From: Amphiscolops sp. MND2022
Taxonomy: Eukaryota
Assembly: GCA_964187785.1 (NCBI GenBank)
Contig: OZ076409.1
Span: 51,400,001 to 51,464,000, forward strand
Direction of reading: 5' to 3'
DNA: 64,000 bases
The notes beneath the pieces are model-generated. The model saw only the letters and a program-made list of their open reading frames with translations. It did no database searches and was not told the origin of the DNA. A program made the translations under genes and the position numbers. Shown here piece by piece: positions 1-10,400 of the stretch (the stretch's first letter is position 1; every line of letters begins with the position of its first letter).

Positions 1-1488
1 ACGACGATTTCATGCAAGGGCGACCTACTGCCTTAGTCACCTCTGAGTCGCGGGCAAAACTACAGCTGTCCATCATAGAAGACTTCCTACAGACCCAAGG
101 CGACTTCTCGCTGCTGAAGAGTCTGTGGTCGAGAATCAGTGCCCACACCGACTACCAGGCTAACTTGTGCGATTTCGATTGGTCAGAAGAGCGTATTACG
201 GTGGGTTCTTTTCTGTAAGTTGACCAATCGCTTTTGCGTTATCGACCAAGTTACTAAATGTACTTGTCCATTTCAGGCCATCTTCCAACACTTCTTTAAC
301 TGCGCTATGAACCACTTGGCAGAACAGATTACGGCTGAGCAGTGCTTTGCCATAGAGTTCGAGGACAGGGGCCCTAACCGGTACATGACAGCACGATACT
401 GGGAGGGCCAAAATCTTCACCGGGTCCTCATCTGCAGGAGCCAACTACCAGCTACTGACCTGACCGGGGAACTGGGATCATTGTCCCGACTGTTGTCTGT
501 CGTTTCCACCAAGGCTGACATAGTGGCGTGCTCCGGAAGCTCTGTCGATCTTCTTCGCACAATTGATTATTCTCCCCTCTTCTCCCGCGCTGTGCAGAGT
601 TGTTTCCGGTTTGACCAATTGGATCTACCCAAGATGATGCATAAGACCAGTTACAGTGTCTTTGGCCACATAGATTTTTTCTCAGTCCTACGTGGTCTGG
701 TTATCTCTCTTGGTGGAGCGCATTCCGAAGACTGGTACCAACGCAGTCCAGAGCTAGCCCAGGTAAATAACGTTCACCTTCCTAGTGTTGTAATCGTGAT
801 CAATCAGGTGTTAACTGGGGGGGGGGAGGAGCGAATTCCCCTAGTTGTTCGAGTTTAAGTTGTGATTTCCTTCCCAGGCCATATCCAGCTGCAAATTGGA
901 GCTCTCCACTTTACCGACCCTTTGCCAGGAACTGATCGAGGAGTGGAAGCCGATAACAAGCTACTTGACGACGCACGTGCCAAAGCAACAAGGTCAAGGA
1001 GTCCGTACTCGGGTAAGTAACCAGATCCTTACAGCCTTTAAATATATGCTGATTAGGAGTTGCTTGAGGTATATAGAAGGATGAGTCCCCATTTCCGTTC
1101 AGTGTCTATTGTACTAATACAGGGCCTTATTACAGGTGCAAAGTTTTGAGTGGGGGCTAATTTGTGACGAATTTATTCTTGTCAAGCTGGAACTCTTCTG
1201 CCGGATCGTCAGTGACTGTTAGTGTACCTTTATTATCTTTAGACAGGTTTTCTACTCTAAACTGCATCAATTCCTTTCCTTAGATAACACTAGCTTCATT
1301 GTCAACACTCATCATAGACGAGACGCCTCATTCTTCCTCTGTGGGGAGGTTTCCAAATTCGTCTACCAGCTGTGCTTCAGATGTTTCACTAGCGACTCGG
1401 TTCCTTTGCCAAGTGCCTGGTTTCTCCTCCTGGGATTCCAAGTGGGTGACGGAACCCTCATGACTGCTGGAGAATTCCTTGTCCGGCT
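1..1488 (+). repeat. Partial direct duplicate of 4749-6236 (3' part of the antisense zinc-finger gene), open at the window edge
   Basis: Near-identical at offset 4748. Visible differences are IIED vs IIGD and splice donor GTGGGT vs GTAGGT. Identity stops at gtccggct (1488/6236), truncating the last exon. Confidence 0.97.
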
Positions 1489-1521
1489 TTTTGACGGGGC
1501 ATAGCACCTTTCGTGATCAAA

Positions 1522-1818
1522 TTATTTTGTGTCTAACTTGGGAGTCACATCTTGCCCCGGCTGCCTGGTGCTTGGTCCTGCGACCATTTCTTCCTCCATA
1601 CTGCTAGTCGTCATGACACGTCCGGCAATTAGAATGGGGCTGGACACTACCTGCTTCTCCACCCTTCTGATCATTTCGTCCGTGTCCGTCGACCAGTCTG
1701 AGTCCAAATCAACTGAGGTTTCCTCATCGCTGCTTATGTAAATGACTGAATCGCCTGATGAGTCTGAGTCCAGTTCAGCCATCTCGAAGAGCTTTCCAGA
1801 TTTTGCGTATTTATCCAT
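1522..1818 (-). CDS. Small acidic protein (~98 aa from MDKYAKS) with SIM-like motif VIYISSDEE; probable accessory ORF of the retroelement
   Basis: ORF track 1522..1866 with first ATG at 1818. D/E/S-rich. TATAAA on the minus strand near 1890. Same strand as gag-pol. Confidence 0.5.
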   Translation of the reverse strand: MDKYAKSGKLFEMAELDSDSSGDSVIYISSDEETSVDLDSDWSTDTDEMIRRVEKQVVSSPILIAGRVMTTSSMEEEMVAGPSTRQPGQDVTPKLDTK

Positions 1819-1879
1819 GATGAATTTTTTAGCTATTTTGAAGTTTCTGAAGGCAACTAGCTGCAAGTGAGATTCAAAG

Positions 1880-2726
1880 TTGAATGAATTTATAAAACTC
1901 TCCTCAGGCCGACTCGGGCCGTTTTCCCGGGGTTTCGTTTCAGCGGCAAAATCTTTGGTTATTCGGTCTGATCCATCGTAAACTTTCCTGAATGGAGTTT
2001 CTCAGCGGCGGTTCGCCCTTTGAATATCGGAACGCTGCCCCCCGAGCCCACCCTCTCAAGTAGGTAATAAGAGAGGTGTTAAGTTGACAACAACAAATAA
2101 TACCGCTTTCAAGTGGGTAATCAATATCGAGCTTGATAGTAATTAACGGCATGCGTCAGGCGAAGTCTACCAAATGGCATCAGCCAATCAAATTTGAGCT
2201 TCGATAAATTTGAAAAACGAATAATAAAGATGGCGAAAAATAATAATTTGAATAACTAAAATGACGAAAATGATAAATCAAAATAATTTAAAATGGCGGA
2301 AATAGCAATTTGAGTAACTATAATAACGGAAGTCCCAATTAGGATAACAAACGAAATGGAACAAGATGATAAACTGAAATAGGCTAAACGGCCGTAATCG
2401 GCCAATAATTCCATAAGTTGTAAATAATGAAGTAATCTTTGTACATTTCGCTGGCAGACTCCATGTACAGAATAAATATGTAAATAATCCCGTAATATTA
2501 GTCTGGTAATTCCTTCAGCCACGAACTCCAACTTTCTCTCTTTTAATTGTTACATTATTTGATTCACCTACTATTTACTCCTTACTCTTTCCATTATTCT
2601 CCTTTGTCTACGACCCTAGTTTTGCATTTATTGGGCTCACTCGTAATTCCATTGCCAGCATCACCTCCACGCAGGTCCCCGATTTCTTCTTCTTCTTTTG
2701 TCCGAATCCAGCTGTTCAATCCAATC
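1880..2726. promoter_or_regulatory. Putative divergent promoter between the acidic ORF and the antisense gene
   Basis: AT-rich intergenic stretch with GCCAATCA (2183-2190), YY1-like AAGATGGCG (2227-2235) and AAAATGGCGG (2290-2299), and a TATA-like element near 1890. Confidence 0.3.
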
Positions 2727-5700
2727 ATGTCGGACCGACAAGGACTTTCCCCGGAAGAGCAAAGACTTCAGTGCCAAGAGATCGCTAACACAGGTTGGTT
2801 TGAGTAATCATATTTTGAACTAATTAACGTGATCAAGGTTAACTTTGTTCATAAACTGCTTCCTGTTTCCATCAAAAGACACGTGATAACACGTCTATTT
2901 AAAATTTCAAACACTTCCGGAAGATTTCTAAAGCGGTCAAAATGGACTTTTTCCAAGGAAGCACACCGCCAAATTTCATTTCTTTCTGTTTAGTTGGCCA
3001 GAATGAAGATGAGCCACAAACTTCTTCCAACACTGTTCCGGATCTCTCTGTTGCACTAATTCAAGAGGTTAGCCCGCCTTCTAATGCTGATCCAGTTCGG
3101 CCCCCTGTTCCTTCTCCTCCACCTTTTCCGCCACTGGTTCCTACAACTTCCCGGAATCAAACTGGGGAAATGACTCCCCTTTATAGTCCCGACAGTAACA
3201 CAGATGTTACTTCTTATGCCGATGAGATGGTCCAACGGCTAGAGGATGCACATGCTAGGCGCATAGCTGAAGCAGACGTCACGATCGATACAGCTCTCAA
3301 TACGGCCCTCAACTCGCAAGTTCCGGAGAGTAATTTGAATCCCCTCCTCCCAAGGTCAAGTACTCCAACTCTTGATGCTGAAACAGCTGGGCTGTCCGCC
3401 AACCTGTCGCAACTCGAGACTGCTCTTGGCGTTGTCATCGGTACACAGTCTGACTTGCCGATTCTCGTTCCAGTTCCTTTACAAACAGAATTGCGGGAGC
3501 GAAGTGATGGGGATAACGCGTCCTCCACTTGTGACTTTCCTGGGCTGCCCAAAGATAATCCAAAGGTCCACTTCTTGACCGATGACCCTACTGAGAGTGA
3601 GAAGACTGGTGACGACACAAGTCATGTAGAAGAACCAGCCCTCTACAGCTCTGTCCCTTTTGGATCTGAATCCGGAACTGAAGCCGGGGATGAGTCAGGA
3701 CCAGGACATGACACTGTGGGACCTGGTATGCCTTCCAGCTCTCGGGGACCTGATGACCACCTTCCAGAACTAACCGGTCGAAGCCGAGCCATCTTGAAGA
3801 CATACTTTGCTGACACCAAGCCATTTAACCTACCGCTAGGACACCCCACTGTGGCTTTTACTGAGGCCCAGATGTATCATTTGCTACGAGTCCTGAGTGA
3901 TGAAACTCTTCGAATGTCCTACTCTACCATGGAGAAGATGGTCGTCGATGCCGTCAGAGGTAAACCTACTGTTGCACCCTCTAAGACGTCCCACTTCCTC
4001 ATCAGGAACAGAGCACAGACTCCAGGCAGATGGGATCAGAACGACCAGAGCTCTTCAGAAGCTGAGTACGACTCGAGCGCGGACTCCAGGGCCTTAACTC
4101 CTACCAGTGCAGGAGATACAGGAGATTCTTCCTTCGAAGGGGAATCGGACAGTGCCACTGAAATGGCTTTGATTTCAGCTACCTTGGGAGGCGAATCCCA
4201 ACTTGTTCGATCTTCTCAAGAAAAGGACAGATTTGCTGCCACATGTACCACAGGTGGTGATGAGACCACAGGCCCCAGTAGTCAGGAAACTACACTTCTA
4301 GAGCTCCAACAGCAAGCCCGAGGGACAAAGGCGAAAGGTTCTTCTGGGCGCAAACTCTCCACTAAACCAAGAAAACTTGCCAGTCGAGGGGTCCCAATGC
4401 GGGAAGAATTTTTCGCCAAGATCGGGTGGACCCGATCTTTCATCTCTGGACCCGCTGATCCGGTACACAATCCACATATGGTCTGGTGCCATATGTGCAA
4501 AAAGAACTTTTCAATTCGGTCCAAGGGCGCTTTCGAAATTTTACGCCACCATCGTACAGAGAGACACCTGCGACGAGACCAACGTTGGAGGTACGAACAC
4601 CTCAAGAGTGTGGACCCATCCAGTGGGAAGATACGGCATCGGGTCCGAGGTCGGAATGGGAAAGTACTGACCGCAATCGAGCTGGCCAAAGAATTGCCGA
4701 AGTTCATTCACACTGAACTTGTAGACGTAGGAGAGAGATTTCCCTTCTACGACGATTTCATGCAAGGGCGACCTACTGCCTTAGTCACCTCTGAGTCGCG
4801 GGCAAAACTACAGCTGTCCATCATAGGAGACTTCCTACAGACCCAAGGCGACTTCTCGCTGCTGAAGAGTCTGTGGTCGAGAATCAGTGCCCACACCGAC
4901 TACCAGGCTAACTTGTGCGATTTCGATTGGTCAGAAGAGCGTATTACGGTAGGTTCTTTTCTGTAAGTTGACCAATCGCTTTTGCGTTATCGACCAAGTT
5001 ACTAAATGTACTTGTCCATTTCAGGCCATCTTCCAACACTTCTTTAACTGCGCTATGAACCACTTGGCAGAACAGATTACGGCTGAGCAGTGCTTTGCCA
5101 TAGAGTTCGAGGACAGGGGCCCTAACCGGTACATGACAGCACGATACTGGGAGGGCCAAAATCTTCACCGGGTCCTCATCTGCAGGAGCCAACTACCAGC
5201 TACTGACCTGACCGGGGAACTGGGATCATTGTCCCGACTGTTGTCTGTCGTTTCCACCAAGGCTGACATAGTGGCGTGCTCCGGAAGCTCTGTCGATCTT
5301 CTTCGCACAATTGATTATTCTCCCCTCTTCTCCCGCGCTGTGCAGAGTTGTTTCCGGTTTGACCAATTGGATCTACCCAAGATGATGCATAAGACCAGTT
5401 ACAGTGTCTTTGGCCACATAGATTTTTTCTCAGTCCTACGTGGTCTGGTTATCTCTCTTGGTGGAGCGCATTCCGAAGACTGGTACCAACGCAGTCCAGA
5501 GCTAGCCCAGGTAAATAACGTTCACCTTCCTAGTGTTGTAATCGTGATCAATCAGGTGTTAACTGGGGGGGGGGAGGAGCGAATTCCCCTAGTTGTTCGA
5601 GTTTAAGTTGTGATTTCCTTCCCAGGCCATATCCAGCTGCAAATTGGAGCTCTCCACTTTACCGACCCTTTGCCAGGAACTGATCGAGGAGTGGAAGCCG

Positions 5701-7194
5701 ATAACAAGCTACTTGACGACGCACGTGCCAAAGCAACAAGGTCAAGGAGTCCGTACTCGGGTAAGTAACCAGATCCTTACAGCCTTTAAATATATGCTGA
5801 TTAGGAGTTGCTTGAGGTATATAGAAGGATGAGTCCCCATTTCCGTTCAGTGTCTATTGTACTAATACAGGGCCTTATTACAGGTGCAAAGTTTTGAGTG
5901 GGGGCTAATTTGTGACGAATTTATTCTTGTCAAGCTGGAACTCTTCTGCCGGATCGTCAGTGACTGTTAGTGTACCTTTATTATCTTTAGACAGGTTTTC
6001 TACTCTAAACTGCATCAATTCCTTTCCTTAGATAACACTAGCTTCATTGTCAACACTCATCATAGACGAGACGCCTCATTCTTCCTCTGTGGGGAGGTTT
6101 CCAAATTCGTCTACCAGCTGTGCTTCAGATGTTTCACTAGCGACTCGGTTCCTTTGCCAAGTGCCTGGTTTCTCCTCCTGGGATTCCAAGTGGGTGACGG
6201 AACCCTCATGACTGCTGGAGAATTCCTTGTCCGGCTCAATATGACTAACAAGGTTGCCTCTGCTTGCAAGCGAAAAGCCGAAGGGGTCCATTCTGGAAAA
6301 CGGTCGGATCGGGCCCTGGTCCAAAAAACAGCCGAGACCATCAAGACTGAGTTCGTCCAGGATGCCATGGCTTATTTAAAGTACCTAATTAGTGAAGTAC
6401 TGCGACAAGCTGGGCTCAGTTCCAATATCATCAAGGGGCTGGCTGCATTCGACCCTCACATTATGGTCAAACGTCCCACGGAAGTGGCGCTCCGGCATTT
6501 CGACATCCTTTTTAGTACTTTTCAGCGCCGTTCTTGGATCAGTGCCTCAGTCGAAGCAGCTTGCAGGGATCAATATGTTGAACTAATTGACTACCTCCGC
6601 GCTAAGTACTCTGGTGGGCTCGAAGTTACTGAAGAGGCTAAGGACCTCATAGATTTCCTGATGAACCTTGATTTCCTGCAAACACGAGAGCATCTCCTCC
6701 ACTTATTCAAGTTGTGCTGCCTTTGCATCACTACAGTGGGTCCTGAATTTCCAGTTGTAAAGGTGGGCAGAGTTGATACTTCCGGACAACGGGGCCGCTT
6801 CATTGATGTCGTTCTCCCCATCCAGAGCTATTTGATCGGGGTTCCTGGCTCTGTAGCGAGGTGTGCGAGTGAGTCTAACCTCACCAATTTCTCCCTTCTT
6901 TCTGCCTCTTTTGGGTCATCTGCTTTTTCGCCTACTTATGACCCTTGGGAGACGGTTGATGTCTTTGGGCGGACGAAGATATACAAGTCGCTTCTATCCT
7001 CTTATCGTTCTGCAGTCTCAGAGCCTTCAGTTGGGTCCGCTCAAGTGGAAGCCAATGATACGTCATCGGTCCTGGATGATGCGGCATTGAAGGTACCCAG
7101 TAGCAGTAAACGTAAACGGACTGAGAAGAGAGCTGCTCGATCCCGTTCCTCATCCGTCCTCAGCGAGTCTATGTCCAGTTCTTCTAATGTTTAA
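2727..7194 (+). CDS. Six-exon ~1295-aa gene: disordered N-terminus, C2H2/BED-type zinc finger, degenerate hAT-transposase-like body. Exons 2727-2793, 2994-4948, 5025-5510, 5626-5760, 5884-5965, 6032-7194
   Basis: Five GT..AG introns (phases 1,0,0,0,1) join the ORF-track fragments into one stop-free 3888-nt frame. Motifs: WCHMCKKNFSIRSKGAFEILRHHRTERH, FAIEFED..MTARYW, GLAAFDP, LLHLFKLCCL and NLS-like KRKRTEKR. Confidence 0.82.
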
Positions 7195-7424
7195 GTGTAC
7201 ATATGTATTTATGTACAATTTGAAACTGTATTCTTTGTTGATTTTCTGAGTCTGTATTTGTTTGTTATGATTTCATTTCTGCGCCCCTATATTATTCATT
7301 TGTTAAGGGGTCTGCTTTGTGTCCCATCATTTATTCAAAAAATTTGCTTCCAAGGGACAAAAAAAAACGTTAAAGAAAAGAAAATAGGTTCGGGGCTTAT
7401 TTCCTGACCTAAATTCAGTCTTTC

Positions 7425-10400
7425 TTAGTATCTGAAGTCTTCTGAGTAGTTCGGATTAGGGTTTGGCCTGAGATTATATTTCCCTCCTCTAGGGCTCAGA
7501 CTTTCATTTCTAGCGTCGTTTTCGGATATTTCGGGCACGATAATATCATCCCCCCTTTTTGGAGAGTTTTGTGCATCGTTTTCGTTCATTGAATTTCTTT
7601 CTGAAAAAGTTTCATCATTTTCCGGTGCATCTGCCGTATTCGGCAAAGAATTTTCTTGGTTTTTCGGGAAAACGGCCGGATTCGGCCAGTCAGATTTGTT
7701 ATTTTCTGTCACTGCAGTAGGTTCTTTTCTTTCAGTGACGTCATCATTTAATCGTTCATCTTGGCTGTGCGACGCACGATCGGTAAGATTTGATTCGTCA
7801 CTCGTGATTACGTAATCCACTTCATTGTCGCTTGCGTGACTTGCGTTCGCTTCTGCCGTACTCGGCTGTTGGTCATTCGTCAAGTTAGTCGGAATAGGCT
7901 CGCTGCCTCGTGTATCTAGCTGTTCGCCAAAGTTTGTTTCCCACGTTATTACATACAAGTCGTCTTGCGGAATTATTATTTCGTCATCCGGCTGTAGACG
8001 CTGTTCTCGGAAATTGTCCTCAAGTGGCTGATTTGGAACAAACTTTTTGAGACGAATTCGATGCAAGATCTGCGTTTTATTTGTATTAAGTCTGCGGACA
8101 ATGTAATTCTCATTAGGTAAGGTTTTCTGGACTATAAATGGTCCAACCCAACGATAATCCCTGAATGGAATTTTTGATCCTTGATGATCCGCTTTCGGCT
8201 GTAATACAAAACAGTAATCGCCCTCTTTGAGTGGGGCGGCTTTTGCTTTTCGGTCGTAATACTCCTTATATTTGATATATGACTGCATGATGTTCTGCTT
8301 TGTTTTGTCAATAAGGAGTTTGGTCCGGTTCTGGATTTCTTCGGCAAATTCAGTAGTCGGATGGATTGGGTCATTTGGATTCATTCCAAGTTTGTGATCC
8401 AATATGTTGTATGGGATTCTCCCATGGAACACTCTTGTGGGTTCGCATCCGATACTGGTATGATAACTAGTGTTATGATTGAGAACTGCTAGAGGCAAAT
8501 ATTTGTGCCATTGTCGGCGATATTCCCCACATGCCATTTTCAGGTTCGTTTTCAATGAGGCATGCGTTCGCTCTAATTTCCCGATAGTTTGCGGGTGTTT
8601 CGTCGTTGCGCATTTTAGGGTAATGCCTAAAATCTGTGTAATTTCCGCAATGATCGTGGAGGTAAAGGCAGTTCCTTTGTCCGTAATGAGCGTCGTCGGT
8701 AGGTAAGAATGTTTGGTCATGATATCAATGATTGCCTTAGCTACATTGATCGCTGATGCGTCCGTGAGAGGATAAGCAAACAAGTATCGAGAGAAGACAT
8801 CAATTGCAGTTAAAACATTTTCGTATCCTCCACTTGGGGGAAGATTCGGCAATAAGTCGATTTGCATGGCGTCTTCGGGTCCAAGGTCCCATTCCGGCAA
8901 GTTAAGTAGTTCAGGCGTGATTGTTGCGTTTGGGACTCGTTTGTCCTTTGCACATTGTTCACACCCTTCTACCCACTTTTTGACATGTTTTGCCATGTTA
9001 GGGTAATAGTACTTTTGTCTGATTTCCTGCAACATTTTTGAAATCCCGGGATGTTTATGCGCTGTCCCATGAAGGGAGTGGAGCACTTCCCGAAGTAGGT
9101 GTTGCGGGAGCAAAATTTGATGGTATTTAACATTCCCCGTTTCATCAAAATATTGCCTTGTCAGGCTTTCGTCCTTGAGTACGATTCGCTCCAAATTATT
9201 TGCATAGTGTCTATATCGAGCATCTTGTTGCAGTATGTTTTCTGAATAATCTTCATGAAGGAGTTTCGCCTTCAATTGTTGTAATACTGTATCTTTGGAT
9301 TGCTCAATGATGATCTGGTTCATTTTCCTCAATCGGACTTGTACATCGGGGTGTTGCTTGACCAGATTTGTTGACAAAGTTTGTATAGTAACGGTGGGCT
9401 CATCAATTGCTGGGTTCTTCCTGATTGCTTCTTTCCTTGCCCAAGCCTGTTCCTCTGTCTCATCGTTGTCATTGGTGTAGAAGATTTGTTCTTCTTGCGA
9501 CACCCCTGCGGATTGGACATTGATTTCAATTGGTAAAGTTTGTACATCCTCACGGATTTTCATGACTAATTTATCCTTCGGGTCTGCCTCCAATCGGGAC
9601 AAATAGTCAGCTGCTGTATTCTGTGCCCCCGGGATGTGTGCTATGACAAAATTGAACTGAATCACATAATCACATGCATTCCACAGGGCTGGGGGTATTA
9701 TTTTCGTTTGGAAAAATCTCGTGACGGCTTTGTTGTCCGTAAGGATGATGACTGGTTTCGGCGCACCCCAGAATATATGTCCGAATTCTTTGAATGCGAA
9801 ATAAATTGCAAGGAATTCTTTTGCATAAATTGACATCTTTATCTGGGCTGGGGTGAAAATTTTTGATCCGTATGCGACTGGTGCATACGATTTCCTGAGT
9901 GACGTGAATTTCTGGTTCGGGTCATCTTCGATTAAGACCGCGTATCCGGCTGCACCAAAACTTGCATCAGTCATTAGTGCTATTTGTTTGTTCGGAATGG
10001 GTTGTTGTAATGCCAAGTCGCAACATTTGTCAAGTGCTTTGTTGATTTCCTCGAATTGTTGGACCAATTCTTTCGATACCAGGACCTTTTCGTCACTCTT
10101 TAGCATCTTGTAGAATGGGGCAAGGCGTTCTGAAAGTCTTGGGACATAATTTCTGTAGTAATTCAAGAATCCCAAGTAGCGCTGCAAAGCCTTTTTCGAC
10201 TTTGGGAACTTGGTCTTTTCCAGAAAGTTTTGCACGTTTTGTTTCTGGGGTTTGACGCCTTGCGGGGTAATAGTCCGTCCGAGAAAATCAATTTCTTTGG
10301 CACCAAAGTGACATTTATGCATTGTCAATTTAAGGCCTGCTTCCTGAATGCATTTGAATGTAGCCCTCAGGTTAGCTATGAGGTGGTCAGCATCATTTGC

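Noticed and set aside
2942..4966. 674-aa ORF as a stand-alone gene starting MDFFQG
   Set aside because: Its first 17 codons are a polypyrimidine/acceptor region and its end runs into a GT donor. It is better explained as exon 2 of the spliced gene.
5871..5897. Alternative acceptor at 5870 (aatacag)
   Set aside because: It gives an in-frame TGA after 8 codons; the 5883 acceptor keeps the frame open.
2727..7194. env gene of an errantivirus-like element
   Set aside because: Antisense orientation, with no signal peptide or transmembrane anchor, and it has a zinc finger and NLS-like motif.
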